From positions 1 through 46,337 of IMG/VR virus record IMGVR_UViG_2740892428_000001: 46,337 nt of DNA; one strand, 5' to 3'. This document shows, one piece after another, positions 10,656 to 24,711 of this stretch (position 1 is the first letter of the stretch; every line of letters begins with the position of its first letter). The position numbers and the translations under genes are program-made. The notes below the pieces were generated by a model. It was not told the DNA's origin. It did no database searches and worked only from the letters and a program-made list of their open reading frames with translations. The DNA is from a virus (Duplodnaviria > Heunggongvirae > Uroviricota > Caudoviricetes).

Positions 10656-10984
10656 CAGTTCACCACCTGTTTAAACTCTGCGCTGAACTCAACACGCAAC
10701 ATACTGACCCGCGACGACCATTTTGCGCAGGTCACCTTTATCTGCCGGTAGCCATAAGGCGGCGTCCACAGAAAGGCCTTCCAGCCCCCGTGCTCAGCCA
10801 GAAACGACTCCAGCGCCGCGGCCTCCCAACGGGGAACAGAAAGCGTCACGCTGTACGTTTTCAGGTCGGCATTCAGCCCGGCAGGCGCTCGCTGGGAATA
10901 GCCATCACCAAAGCGCACCTTCCTGACGGAAGGGGCCGAAGCCACATCCATACCGGGTTTCACTTTCCAGCGGAAGGTTTTCAT
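10655..10984 (-). CDS. M: tail tip protein M
   Basis: 109 aa, same length as lambda M; stop overlaps the L start; start overlaps the H stop. Confidence 0.9.
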   Translation of the reverse strand: MKTFRWKVKPGMDVASAPSVRKVRFGDGYSQRAPAGLNADLKTYSVTLSVPRWEAAALESFLAEHGGWKAFLWTPPYGYRQIKVTCAKWSSRVSMLRVEFSAEFKQVVN

Positions 10985-13527
10985 CGTCCACCTCCGGAGA
11001 ACAGACCACCATCACGCATCTGCCCGGTCACAACATCCATTGCCGCCTTACGGGCTACGTCATAAACCGCCTTCAGCGCCTGTGGCCCTATTTGACCGTT
11101 CGTGCCGTCGTTGTTAATCACCACATGGTTATTCTGCTCAAACGTCCCGGACGCCTGCGACCGGCTGTCCGCCATGCTGCCCGGTGTACCGACATAACCG
11201 CCGGTGACATAGCCGCGCATCAGCCGGTAAAGATTCCCCACGCCAATCCGGCTGGTTGCCTCCTTCGTGAAGACAAATTCACCACGGTGAACAATCCCCG
11301 CTGGCTCATATTTGCCGCCGGTTCCCGTAAATCCTCCGGTTGCAAAATGGAATTTCGCCGCAGCGGCCTGAATGGCTGTACCGCCTGACGCTGATGCACC
11401 GCCAATGGCGCTGCCTATACTTCCGACAATCCCCACCATTGCCTGCTTAAGCAGAATTTCTGTCATCATGGACAGCACGGAACGGGTGAAGCTGCGCCAG
11501 TTCTGTTCACTGCCGGTCAGCATCGCCGCCATATTCTGTGCAATACCATCAAAGGTCTGCGTGGCTGCACTTTTTACCTGCGACATACTGTCCGTGGCGC
11601 TCTCTTCCCACTCACTCCAGCCGGACTTCAGGCCTGCCATCCAGCTCCCGCGAAGCTGGTCTTCAGCCGCCCAGGTCTTTTTCTGCTCTGACATGACGTT
11701 ATTCAGCGCCAGAGGATTATCGCCATACTGTTCCTTCAGGCGCTGTTCCGTGGCTTCCCGCGCTGCCTGCCGGTCAGTCAGCCCCCGGTTTTTTGCCTCA
11801 ATGGCGGCCCGTTTTGCCCGTTGCTGCTGTGCGAATTTATCCGCCTGCTGCGCCAGCGCGTTCAGGCGCTCCTGATACGTAACCTTGTCGCCAAGTGCAG
11901 CCAGCTGGCGTTTGTACTCCAGCGTCTCATCTTTATGCGCCAGCAGGGATTTCTCCTGTGCGGACAGCTGGCGACGTTGCGCCGCCTCCTCCAGTACCGC
12001 GAACTGACTTTCCGCCTTCCACAAATCCCGGCGCTGCTGGCTGATTTTCTCATTCGCTCCGGCATGCTTCTCCAGTGTCCGGAGTTCTGCCTGAAGCGTC
12101 AGCAGGGCAGCATGAGCACTGTCTTCCTGACGATCGCCCGCAGACACTTTCACGCCGGACTGCTTCGGCTTTTTCAGCGTCGCTTCATAGTCCTTTTTCG
12201 CCGCCGCCATCAGCGTGTTGTAATCTGCCTGCAGGATTTTCCCGTCTTTCAGTGCCTTGGTCAGTTCTTCCTGACGGGCGGTATATTTCTCCAGCGGCGT
12301 CTGCAGCCGTTCGTAAGCCTTCTGCGCCTCTTCGGTATATTTCAGCCGTGACGCTTCGGTATCGCTCTGCTGCTGCGCATTTTTGTCCTGTTGAGTCTGC
12401 TGCTCAGCCTTCTTTCGGGCGGCTTCAAGCGCAAGACGGGCCTTTTCACGATCATCCCAGTAACGCGCCCGCGCTTCATCGTTAACAAAATAATCATCCT
12501 TGCGCAGATTCCAGATGTCGTCTGCTTTCTTAAACGCAGCCTCTGCCTTAATCAGCATCTCCTGCGCGGTATCAGGACGACCAATATCCAGCACCGCATC
12601 CCACATGGATTTGAATGCCCGCGCAGTCCTGTCTGCCCAGGTCTCCAGCGTGCCCATGTTCTCTTTCAGGCGGCGGGTCTGGTCATCAAACCCTTTCGTT
12701 GCGGCCTCGTTCGCCGCCTGCAATGCCCCGGCTTCATCGCCGGAACGCTGCAACTGAGCAACATACGCAATCTGCTCCGCCGTCACGTTATGGAACTGGC
12801 GTGCCATCGCCGTCAGCCCCGACGTCGGGTCTGTGGTCAGCTTCCCGAAGGCTTCAGCGACCTTGTCCACCTCCACGCCGGATGCAGAGGAGAAACGCGC
12901 CACACTCTGGCTGATGGACGCAATCTGAGCCTCACCGCTTACCCCCGCCTTAACCAGTGCGCTGAGTGACTCGCTGGTCTGGTTAAACGTCAGCCCTGCC
13001 GCCTGCCCGACTCTGGACAGGACCAGCATACGATCTGCCGTCAGACCCGCCTGATTGCCGGAAAGGACCAGCGTTTTGTTGAAATCGGACAGGGTTGAGT
13101 TGCCCTGATACCAGGCATACGCCAGCGCACCGGTCGCCACCGCCAGCGAGGTGGCCCCCACCATCGGCAGGGTGATCGCACCGGCAAGCCCCCTGAACAT
13201 GGGGATCATCCCGCCGAAGGAGTCCTTCACCTGCCCCCCCTGTTGCAGCAGGATCAGCCACGGACTTTGCCCGCCTGCAAGCTGCGTGGCCACGTCGGTG
13301 AACTGTGCAGGCAGCATACGCATGGCGGCTTTATACTGCCCGACGGAAATCCCCGCTTTCTGTGCAGCCAGCGCCTGTCGGCTCAGCGACTGTTCAACGA
13401 CTGCCGCTGTTTTTTTCGCATCACTTTCCGTACCGGAAAAATGACGCCTGACTCTGGCCATCTGCTCGTCAAATCTGGCCGCATCCAGACTCAAATCAAC
13501 GACCAGATCGCCTACCGGTTCAGCCAT
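10981..13527 (-). CDS. H: tail tape measure protein H
   Basis: 848 aa (lambda H ~853); long coiled-coil Ala/Gln-rich middle, Gly-rich C-terminus; position between T and M. Confidence 0.9.
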   Translation of the reverse strand: MAEPVGDLVVDLSLDAARFDEQMARVRRHFSGTESDAKKTAAVVEQSLSRQALAAQKAGISVGQYKAAMRMLPAQFTDVATQLAGGQSPWLILLQQGGQVKDSFGGMIPMFRGLAGAITLPMVGATSLAVATGALAYAWYQGNSTLSDFNKTLVLSGNQAGLTADRMLVLSRVGQAAGLTFNQTSESLSALVKAGVSGEAQIASISQSVARFSSASGVEVDKVAEAFGKLTTDPTSGLTAMARQFHNVTAEQIAYVAQLQRSGDEAGALQAANEAATKGFDDQTRRLKENMGTLETWADRTARAFKSMWDAVLDIGRPDTAQEMLIKAEAAFKKADDIWNLRKDDYFVNDEARARYWDDREKARLALEAARKKAEQQTQQDKNAQQQSDTEASRLKYTEEAQKAYERLQTPLEKYTARQEELTKALKDGKILQADYNTLMAAAKKDYEATLKKPKQSGVKVSAGDRQEDSAHAALLTLQAELRTLEKHAGANEKISQQRRDLWKAESQFAVLEEAAQRRQLSAQEKSLLAHKDETLEYKRQLAALGDKVTYQERLNALAQQADKFAQQQRAKRAAIEAKNRGLTDRQAAREATEQRLKEQYGDNPLALNNVMSEQKKTWAAEDQLRGSWMAGLKSGWSEWEESATDSMSQVKSAATQTFDGIAQNMAAMLTGSEQNWRSFTRSVLSMMTEILLKQAMVGIVGSIGSAIGGASASGGTAIQAAAAKFHFATGGFTGTGGKYEPAGIVHRGEFVFTKEATSRIGVGNLYRLMRGYVTGGYVGTPGSMADSRSQASGTFEQNNHVVINNDGTNGQIGPQALKAVYDVARKAAMDVVTGQMRDGGLFSGGGR

Positions 13528-13954
13528 ACCGGACTCCTCCTGCGATCCCTTCTGATACTGTCATCAGCATTACGTCATCCTCCGTCATGTCCGCCACATC
13601 CGGGGAAGCGGGGATAACTTCATTCCCGTCCGGGCCAAAGCGGACACCTCCGGCAAGCCCTGCCGCTTTCTGCATCAGCACATCATCTTCAGGCTCTTCG
13701 TCAGCCTCGCGCCGGTTCAGCAGACTGAAATCCAGCGGATGCATATCCGGATCGCTGAAAAACAGGCTGAGCACGGTGTACGTCAGCCCGGAAAAGTGCA
13801 TATCCAGCAGAACATCATGAAAATAATGGGTACTGTAAAAGCGGTGCCAGTCGGCATACTCCGTGGATGACATCCCGGCAAGCATGGCACGCCAGTCGGG
13901 TCGCCCCATCTCACGCGCCAGTTTCAGGGCAAAACTCAGCTCACCGTCGAACAC
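13520..13954 (-). CDS. T: T segment of tail assembly chaperone G-T, expressed by -1 frameshift from G
   Basis: -1 frame ORF overlapping the G 3' end; sequence after the slip site reads ..GKVFDGELSFALKLAREMGRPDW.., matching lambda gpT as recalled. Confidence 0.8.
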   Translation of the reverse strand: MFDGELSFALKLAREMGRPDWRAMLAGMSSTEYADWHRFYSTHYFHDVLLDMHFSGLTYTVLSLFFSDPDMHPLDFSLLNRREADEEPEDDVLMQKAAGLAGGVRFGPDGNEVIPASPDVADMTEDDVMLMTVSEGIAGGVRYG

Positions 13955-14358
13955 TTTCCCGCAGAAACAGGCTCTGCGGGCCCGGCGTCCTCTGTCTGTT
14001 CAGGGGCATTATTCACCACAAACTCATACATACCAGACAGCCGGTACACCACGTTTTCAGCATGAGAAATTGCCTCCGTGGGCCAGGTGGTAAGCACTTC
14101 CTGTTCAATCTGTTTAACGGCTTCATTCATGGACGGCATCTGCGTCTTCTGCGGATGGTTATGCCACAGGGACATCGCCACCAGAAACGCGCCGGTTCTG
14201 ATGGCGTCTTCCACAGTAAACTTCCGGTTGCTGTCTGACTCCGCCTGTTCTGCCTGCCGTTTCATCAGGGCGAGATGCTCAATGCGCTGCAGGGCTGACA
14301 GTTCAGAAAGCGTGACGGTCACACCGTTATGTTCAAATGATTCGGTTTTCAGGAACAT
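13936..14358 (-). CDS. G: tail assembly chaperone G
   Basis: 140 aa, same length as lambda G; C-terminus ..PVSAGKCSTVS contains the slip site. Confidence 0.9.
   Translation of the reverse strand: MFLKTESFEHNGVTVTLSELSALQRIEHLALMKRQAEQAESDSNRKFTVEDAIRTGAFLVAMSLWHNHPQKTQMPSMNEAVKQIEQEVLTTWPTEAISHAENVVYRLSGMYEFVVNNAPEQTEDAGPAEPVSAGKCSTVS
13954..13960 (-). other. programmed -1 ribosomal frameshift slippery heptamer G GGA AAG (G/G-T)
   Basis: Minus-strand GGGAAAG exactly at the G codons ..A-G-K.. eight codons before the G stop; shifting -1 here joins G to the T frame. Confidence 0.8.
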
Positions 14359-14373
14359 CGCTGACTCTCCGGA

Positions 14374-15114
14374 TTAACTGGCGGTGACGGTAATTTCTGC
14401 AACCGCAGCAAACTCACCATTACCGGATACAACCGGAATGTTGACCTTGCCTGCAGCAACGCCGTTCACGGTGATGGTCATACCACTGACCGACACGGTG
14501 GCTTTTGTTTTATCCGCAGACACCGCACGAAAGCTCTTGTCGGTTACGCCCTCCGGCTGGAAGGCCACGGTCAGCGTGGTGCTCTGCCCTTTCACCACCG
14601 AGGTGCTGGCAGGCGTCACGGTCATGCCGGTTGCCGCTGTTACCGTGCTGCGATCTTCTGCCATCGACGGACGTCCCACATTGGTGACTTTCACCGTGCG
14701 GGTGATCACTTCCTTCGCCGTCACCGCCTTACCGATACTGCTGACCCAGCCACGGAACACATCGACCGTGCCGTTCGGGAAGCGGATTTTATAGGCACGG
14801 GTATCGCCTTCATTAAACCACGCCAGCAGCGCCTGCTGCCCCTGCTCTCCGGGCATCCACGCCAGCGTGAAGCTGGTATCTCCGGCAGATTTCTGCCCCT
14901 GCCTGGTCGCAGTCCAGTCTGCATCTTCATCATCGAGATAGCTGTCGTCATAGGACTCAGCGGTCAGTTCGCCGGGCGTCAGGTCTTTAACTTTTGCCAG
15001 ACGCGACCAGTCAACGTCTGAAAGCGGATTCGCATAAGGGTCACCGCTCCCCTTATAAACCCACAGGGTGGTCCCGGCACCTTTCACCGGCATTGTAGGA
15101 TTTGGTACAGGCAT
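14374..15114 (-). CDS. V: major tail tube protein V with C-terminal Ig-like domain
   Basis: Start set at [22 protein letters not shown] (246 aa) as in lambda V; the six-frame ORF extends 10 codons further upstream (to 15144). Confidence 0.9.
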   Translation of the reverse strand: MPVPNPTMPVKGAGTTLWVYKGSGDPYANPLSDVDWSRLAKVKDLTPGELTAESYDDSYLDDEDADWTATRQGQKSAGDTSFTLAWMPGEQGQQALLAWFNEGDTRAYKIRFPNGTVDVFRGWVSSIGKAVTAKEVITRTVKVTNVGRPSMAEDRSTVTAATGMTVTPASTSVVKGQSTTLTVAFQPEGVTDKSFRAVSADKTKATVSVSGMTITVNGVAAGKVNIPVVSGNGEFAAVAEITVTAS

Positions 15115-15121
15115 AGCGTCC

Positions 15122-15517
15122 TCACATTTCATAGGTAATGACATAAGTCAGATCGGCTGAACTCCACAGGCCCGCATCATCGTCGCGCCGGTAGTCATAG
15201 CCGCTGGCCACCATACTGGTGATCAAATCTGACAGTGCCGGGATATCGCTCATCACCGGATAAATCCGGGACTCCATCCACGCATCCAGCTCTGAATCCG
15301 GCACCTGAGCAGGCAGGAAAACTTCGATATGCAGCTCCGCCTGCCAGGTATCGCTGTCCAGCTCTTCGCCCGTGTATTCAGCGCCGGTGAGATAAACGGC
15401 AACTGCCGGAAAATCCGCCTCATCAAAAACAGCGGGGCGACCATCAAAAAACGTCGCCCGGGTGTCATGCTTCTCCAGTGCATCCAGTACGGCTGCACGG
15501 AGTTCAGTATGTTTCAT
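15122..15517 (-). CDS. U: tail terminator protein U
   Basis: 131 aa, same length and position as lambda U. Confidence 0.9.
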   Translation of the reverse strand: MKHTELRAAVLDALEKHDTRATFFDGRPAVFDEADFPAVAVYLTGAEYTGEELDSDTWQAELHIEVFLPAQVPDSELDAWMESRIYPVMSDIPALSDLITSMVASGYDYRRDDDAGLWSSADLTYVITYEM

Positions 15518-16092
15518 CGCTTTATTACCATCCTCAGTTGATGCTGCAGCGCATAGCCCAGCTCTTTCGGAAGACGTTCACGCCGTATCCGCTCAATATT
15601 TTGTTTAAACGCCGTGGTCAGCGGCACCGCCATCGGGATTTTCACCACATCAATGGGGTAACGGTTTTTCCCGGCCACACGCTGCATGACATGCCACCGG
15701 CCATTTTTCAGTTGCTGAATAAACGCGCCGGGAATACGACGGTTACCCACCACAAGCACGCTGCCGCCACCTTTCAGGGATGAACGCTGCCCCTTTTTAC
15801 GACGCCTGCGGCGCGAAAGGACAACCCGCGCATTACCCAGCTTGATTACGGGCAAATCCCCCCGGTTAACTTTGATTCTGGCCTGCGGATTTTTGACCGT
15901 GGCCCTTTTCAGCCTGGCCCTTTCCTTTACCAGTTTCCGGCGTACCTTTGTCTCACGGGCAACCTGTGACGCCGACTGCGATATCGCGGATGAAGCAACG
16001 CGGTTAATGGCCATTGCGGCGGCACCAGGCACCGCCGTTTTGCTGATACGGCTGAGGTTTTCAACGGCCTGCTCAAGACCTTTTATGGCCAT
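15514..16092 (-). CDS. Z: tail completion protein Z
   Basis: 192 aa, same length and position as lambda Z; basic central region. Confidence 0.9.
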   Translation of the reverse strand: MAIKGLEQAVENLSRISKTAVPGAAAMAINRVASSAISQSASQVARETKVRRKLVKERARLKRATVKNPQARIKVNRGDLPVIKLGNARVVLSRRRRRKKGQRSSLKGGGSVLVVGNRRIPGAFIQQLKNGRWHVMQRVAGKNRYPIDVVKIPMAVPLTTAFKQNIERIRRERLPKELGYALQHQLRMVIKR

Positions 16093-16103
16093 ACATCCCC
16101 CTT

Positions 16104-16457
16104 TCAGCGGCGACGGTTAACGGCAGGCGGTACGCCCCGTCCAAGCCAGAGATGACAGCTTCCGCCATCATCCGTCGAAATCCGGTCTATCCAGAAGTTT
16201 TCCTCACCGATGGTCAGCGTGTCGCCGCGCCGCAGCTGCCGCACATCATCAGTCCGGACAAACAGGGACGGGCTGGAGCCTTCAACGCGCACGCCCTGTC
16301 CGGCATAGCTGATATTTTCAGGGTCATCAAAAACACCACGTATTACTGCGCCGGACTGCTCACCGGATGTCATGGTGGCTGACGTTCCCATGTACCCGCG
16401 TATCGTTTCATCGGCGCGGGCAATGGCAGCATCGAACAGGTTATCGAAATCAGCCAC
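16104..16457 (-). CDS. FII: head-tail connector protein FII
   Basis: 117 aa, same length and position as lambda FII. Confidence 0.9.
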   Translation of the reverse strand: MADFDNLFDAAIARADETIRGYMGTSATMTSGEQSGAVIRGVFDDPENISYAGQGVRVEGSSPSLFVRTDDVRQLRRGDTLTIGEENFWIDRISTDDGGSCHLWLGRGVPPAVNRRR

Positions 16458-16468
16458 AGCGCCTCCCG

Positions 16469-16867
16469 TTATTGCATTCTGGCCAGGCCACGTTCTGTCA
16501 TTTCGGCTGCCACACCGGCAGAGACACGAAACGCCGTTCCCGGCAGCACAAATGCCACAGGTTCATCCCGCGTGGCGTGAAGTGCATCAGTATGCAGCTT
16601 CACCAGTGCCACGACCGTGACCAGTTCAGACGTATCCAGAATCACGGTATCCGGCTGCGCTGATCCCACCTCATTTTCATGTCCGGTCAGCACATTTTCC
16701 CGGCTGAGAGGGGTGTCCTGACCGGCAGTTTCATCCGTGTCATCAAGCTCCTCTTCCAGCTCTGCCACACGGAGCACCAGTTCTTCTTTCGTCCCCGTCA
16801 GGCTAACATCACGGTTCAGTTGCTCACCCAGCACCTGAAGACGGGCAATCAGTTCATCTTTCGTCAT
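16469..16867 (-). CDS. FI: DNA packaging protein FI
   Basis: Start set at MTKDELIARLQ (132 aa) as in lambda FI; the six-frame ORF extends 13 codons upstream (to 16906). Confidence 0.85.
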   Translation of the reverse strand: MTKDELIARLQVLGEQLNRDVSLTGTKEELVLRVAELEEELDDTDETAGQDTPLSRENVLTGHENEVGSAQPDTVILDTSELVTVVALVKLHTDALHATRDEPVAFVLPGTAFRVSAGVAAEMTERGLARMQ

Positions 16868-16908
16868 GGACTCCTCCACAAAGAGAAAATGGCCCCGAAG
16901 GGCCATGA

Positions 16909-17934
16909 TTACGCCAGTTGTACGGACACGAACGCATCAGGGTCAGCCAGCAGCATCAGCGGTGCTGACTGAATCATGGTGAACTCACGCGCCGGATCGC
17001 CGGTGGTCACCCAGTTTTTCGGGTAGCGGGCAGAAGCGTTAATACCTTCGCGCTGTGCGTCCGCATCCTGAATGCAGCCATAGGTGCGCAGACCGCGTGC
17101 CTGAGTGTTCCCCAGCACCATCGTGTTGTCCGGAAGGAAGTTCTTTTTGACGTCGTTTTCCACGTACTGTCCGGAATACACGACGATCGCCGTATCGCCA
17201 TACATCCCCTTATAGGACACCGCTTCGCCCAGGTCTTTTACCGCTGTCTCCAGCTCGGAATTAGAGCCGCGACGGGTATCCAGCTTCTCCTTGACGGCTT
17301 TGAAGGAACGGAACAGCGCCCAGCCTTTCGGATCGAACACGATGATATTCACCACACCGCTGGCGTTCAGCGCGTAGGCTTCGATATCGTCGGTCGGGTC
17401 ATACGTGGACTTGTCACGCTTGCTCCACTCCGTGCCGCCGGACTGCGTGATGTTATTCTCCTCACTGCGGCCCATATCCACCTCAACCGGATCGAAGGCT
17501 TCACCGGTCATGGTGTATTTGCCCTTAAGCACGGCAGAAACTGCCTGCATCTCTTCGACCTGAGCAATGGCCAGCTCTTCGTCACGCATGTTCTGCATGA
17601 TGATGCGACGGCGGCGGTAAGCCGGGTCCGCCAGATTCTGCGGATCTTCATCCGGCAGGCGACGCAGGGTCATCTGCGGATTCACTTCATGCTTCGGCTT
17701 GACATATCCCGGCGTAAATTCAGAGGTGGAGCCGCCACGGGAACGGATAACCTCACCGGAAACAATCGGCGAAACGTACAGCGCCATGTTTACCAGTCCC
17801 GGAATTTGTGAGAGATAGACTTTCTCCGTGGTGAAGGGATAGCTCTCACGGAAAAAGAGACGCAGAAACAGCGGATCAAACTTAAATTTCTGCTCATTTG
17901 CCGCCAGCAGTTGGGCGGTTGTGTACATCGACAT
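16909..17934 (-). CDS. E: major capsid protein E
   Basis: Start set at MSMYTTAQLLAANEQKF (341 aa); near-identical to lambda gpE as recalled; the six-frame ORF extends 9 codons upstream (to 17961). Confidence 0.95.
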   Translation of the reverse strand: MSMYTTAQLLAANEQKFKFDPLFLRLFFRESYPFTTEKVYLSQIPGLVNMALYVSPIVSGEVIRSRGGSTSEFTPGYVKPKHEVNPQMTLRRLPDEDPQNLADPAYRRRRIIMQNMRDEELAIAQVEEMQAVSAVLKGKYTMTGEAFDPVEVDMGRSEENNITQSGGTEWSKRDKSTYDPTDDIEAYALNASGVVNIIVFDPKGWALFRSFKAVKEKLDTRRGSNSELETAVKDLGEAVSYKGMYGDTAIVVYSGQYVENDVKKNFLPDNTMVLGNTQARGLRTYGCIQDADAQREGINASARYPKNWVTTGDPAREFTMIQSAPLMLLADPDAFVSVQLA

Positions 17935-17989
17935 AAAAAAATCCCGTAAAAAAAGCCGCACAGGCGGCCTTTAGTGATGAAGGGTAAAG

Positions 17990-18322
17990 TTAAACGATGC
18001 TGATTGCCGTTCCGGCAAACGCGGTCCGTTTTTTCGTCTCGTCGCTGGCAGCCTCCGGCCAGAGCACATCCTCATAACGGAACGTGCCGGACTTGTAGAA
18101 CGTCAGCGTGGTGCTGGTCTGGTCAGCAGCAACCGCAAGAATGCCAACGGCAGCACCGTCGGTGGTGCCATCCCACGCAACCAGCTTACGGCTGGAGGTG
18201 TCCAGCATCAGCGGGGTCATTGCAGGCGCTTTCGCACTCAATCCGCCGGGCGCGGTTGCGGTATGAGCCGGGTCACTGTTGCCCTGCGGCTGGTAGTGGG
18301 TAAAGGTTTCTTTGCTCGTCAT
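17990..18322 (-). CDS. D: head decoration protein D
   Basis: Start set at [15 protein letters not shown] (110 aa) as in lambda gpD; the six-frame ORF has 2 extra codons (to 18328). Confidence 0.9.
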
Positions 18323-18331
18323 AAACATCCC

Positions 18332-18937
18332 TTACACTGGTGTGTTCAGCAAATCGTTAACGGCATCAGATGCCGGGTTACCTGCAGCCAGCGGTGCCGG
18401 TGCCCCCTGCATCAGACGATCCAGCGCAGTGTCACTGCGCGCCTGTGCACTCTGTGGTGCTGCGGCCAGAATGCGGCGGGCCGTTTTCACGGTCATACCG
18501 GGGGTTTCTGCCAGCACGCGTGCCTGTTCTTCGCGTCCGTGAGCCTCCTCACAGTTGAGGATCCCCATAATGCGGCTGTTTTCTGCCGCAACCGCTGCGG
18601 TGATCTGCGCGTTCACGTCCGGCTGCGCCGCGCTGGCGTTCTCGCCCTCCGTCGCTGGCACCACGTCAGTAACGTCAGCCTGCGAAGCAGTGGCTGAAAC
18701 AGTTGTTGATTGAGCCTCTTTGGTCATTCGCCCTCCTGAGAGACGGGATTTACGTGCATCCAGTGCATCACGCATGACGGTGATCGCATCGGTGCTGTTA
18801 ACAAGTTCATCAGCCAGTCCGGCATCAATGGCCTCCTGACCGCTGTACACTGCAGCCTCGGTATCCAGCACAGCCTGCACGGACAGGCCGGTATATGCCG
18901 ACACCTTCTGCGCAAACATCTGGCGGGTTGCGTCCAT
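18332..18937 (-). CDS. Nu3: scaffolding protein Nu3, in-frame internal start within C
   Basis: Internal Met at MDATRQMFAQKVSAYTGL gives a 201-aa product, the length I recall for lambda Nu3; same frame and stop as C. Confidence 0.55.
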   Translation of the reverse strand: MDATRQMFAQKVSAYTGLSVQAVLDTEAAVYSGQEAIDAGLADELVNSTDAITVMRDALDARKSRLSGGRMTKEAQSTTVSATASQADVTDVVPATEGENASAAQPDVNAQITAAVAAENSRIMGILNCEEAHGREEQARVLAETPGMTVKTARRILAAAPQSAQARSDTALDRLMQGAPAPLAAGNPASDAVNDLLNTPV

Positions 18938-19631
18938 CCGGGACTGCAGTGTCTCCCGGACGTCATCCGGAAGATGGCTGTAGGGGTTGCCATCCACCTT
19001 ATGGCTGCCGCTGTAAATCAGCGTGATTTCCACACCCTGTTTCTCCAGCGCAGCACCGTAATTACTGTGAGCCATCATGACGCCGATGGAGCCTGTCCGG
19101 GCGGTCTGCGTGACCAGACGCCGGGAGGCGGCACTGGCAAGCAACTGACCTGCACTGCAGTTCATGTCGTTGGCAAGCGCCCATACCGGTTTTATGTCAC
19201 GCACACGGGCGATGATGTCAGCGCAGTCAAATGCCCCCGCCACCATCCCGCCGGGCGTGTCCATATCGAGCAGAATGCCGTCCACCATCGGGTCGCTGGC
19301 AGCCTGTTGCAGACGGGCGATAATGCCGTTGTAACCGGTCATCCCCGAATACGGCTGCAGCGCCCGCGTCCGACTGACCAGCGTGCCGGACACCGGCAGC
19401 ACGGCGATGCCGTTCATGACCTGATAACTGCGGGCCTGTCGTGGTCCGTCATCATCAACGGATAACGCCAGCGCCGCGGGTGCCTCTCCGGCAGTCAGGC
19501 TGTCGCCGGATACCGCATCCGTCAGGCGGCTGATCCCAAGCTGGCCTGCAAGCGCACAAAAGAAAACCCGCGCATAGGCGGGTTCAAGCATCAGCGGCTC
19601 ATTAAAGGCCATACTGGCAATATGCGGGAGA

Positions 19632-19651
<20 letters not shown>
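18332..19651 (-). CDS. C: head maturation protease / scaffold protein C
   Basis: Matches lambda gpC from (V/M)TAELRNLPHIASMAF; a GTG start at 19651 gives 439 aa; the six-frame ORF extends to 19765. Confidence 0.85.
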
Positions 19652-23332
<3,681 letters not shown>

Positions 23333-23358
<26 letters not shown>

Positions 23359-23878
23359 TCAGCAACCCCGGTATCAGTTCATCCAGCGCGGCTGCTTTGT
23401 TCATGGCTTTGATGATATCCCGTTTCAGGAAATCAACATGTCGGTTTTCCAGTTCCGGAAAACGCCGCTGCACCGACAGGGGGATCCCGTCGAGAATACT
23501 GGCAATTTCACCTGCGATCCGCGACAGCACGAAAGTACAGAATGCGGTTTCCACCACTTCAGCGGAGTCTCTGGCATTTTTCAGCTCCTGTGCGTCGGCC
23601 TGCGCACGCGTAAGTCGATGGCGTTCGTACTCAATAGTCCCTGGCTGGAGATCTGTCTCGCTGGCCTGCCGCAGTTCTTCAACTTCCCGGCGCAGCTTTT
23701 CGTTCTCAATTTCAGCATCCCTTTCGGCATACCATTTTATGACGGCGGCAGAGTCATAAAGCACCTCATTACCCTTGCCACCGCCTCGCAGAACGGGCAT
23801 TCCCTGTTCCTGCCAGTTCTGAATGGTACGGATACTCACACCGAAAATGTCAGCCAGCTGCTTTTTGTTGACTTCCAT
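23333..23878 (-). CDS. Nu1: terminase small subunit Nu1
   Basis: 181 aa; MEVNKKQLADIFGVSIRTIQNWQEQGMPVL (winged HTH) matches lambda Nu1 as recalled. Confidence 0.9.
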
Positions 23879-24055
23879 TGTTCATTCCACGGACAAAAAC
23901 AGAAAAAGGAAACGACAGAGGCCAAAAAGCTCGCTTTCAGCACCTGTCGTTTCCTTTCTTTTCAGAGGGTATTTTAAATAAAAACATTAAGTTATGACGA
24001 AGAAGAACGGAAACGCCTTAAACCGGAAAATTTTCATAAATAGCGAAAACCCGCG

Positions 24056-24067
24056 AGGTCGCCGCCC
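24056..24067. other. cosN cohesive-end site (12-nt overhang sequence), internal to the prophage
   Basis: Plus strand aggtcgccgccc is the reverse complement of the lambda cohesive end GGGCGGCGACCT; flanks match the lambda left end (toward Nu1) and right end (cgggtcctttccggcgatccgacaggttacg in reverse complement). Confidence 0.85.
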
Positions 24068-24266
24068 CGTAACCTGTCGGATCGCCGGAAAGGACCCGCA
24101 AAATGATAATAATTATCATCTACATGTCACAACGTGCATCTACGCCATCAAACCACGTCAAATAATCAATTATGACGCAGGTATCGTATTAATTGATCTG
24201 CATCAACTTAACGTAAAAACAACTTCAGACAATACAAATCAGCGACACTGAATACGGGGCAACCTC

Positions 24267-24461
24267 ATGTCAACGAAGAACAGAACCTGCAGAACAACAA
24301 CCCGCAACATCCGCTTTCCTAACCAAATGATTGAACAAATTAACATCGCTCTTGAGCAAAAAGGGTCTGGGAATTTCTCAGCCTGGGTCATTGAAGCCTG
24401 CCGTCGGAGACTAACGTCAGAAAAGAGAGCATATACATCAATCCAAAGTGATGATGGATGA
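24267..24461 (+). CDS. small ribbon-helix-helix (Arc-like) protein, YlcI/DUF3950-like
   Basis: 64 aa; NIRFPNQMIEQINIALEQKGSGNFSAWVIEACRRRL resembles Arc/Mnt-type RHH; genes of this kind sit next to cos/Nu1 in E. coli cryptic prophages (recalled). Confidence 0.5.
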   Translation: MSTKNRTCRTTTRNIRFPNQMIEQINIALEQKGSGNFSAWVIEACRRRLTSEKRAYTSIQSDDG

Positions 24462-24711
24462 ACATCCCGGTTTCTTTACCTCCCCTCCCACCCCGCACAG
24501 GACTGGCGAGCGTGTGGGACAAATATGTGAGTCATAAACGCCTTATCCTCAGAAATGCAGTTGGCATCCGAACAGGACGATATTGTAAATTCACCTAATT
24601 ACGAGGCATTGCAGTAGTTGAATTGTAGTTCTGTATTAGCCTGACAGTGACAGAATGCGATATTGACTCTGTCACAGGTGAAATAGTTTGAATGGTTAGC
24701 AGTTATGGTGA

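Noticed and set aside
9945-10751. 268-aa ORF on the + strand
   Set aside because: Antisense to L and K.
11372-12969. Several 100-190 aa ORFs on the + strand
   Set aside because: All are antisense to the tape-measure gene H; Cys/Arg/Leu-rich compositions typical of antisense frames.
24640-24690. Hairpin GTGACAGA-N13-TCTGTCAC downstream of the 24712-24918 ORF
   Set aside because: No U-tract on the relevant strand, so not called as a terminator; could be a protein-binding palindrome but there is no supporting context.
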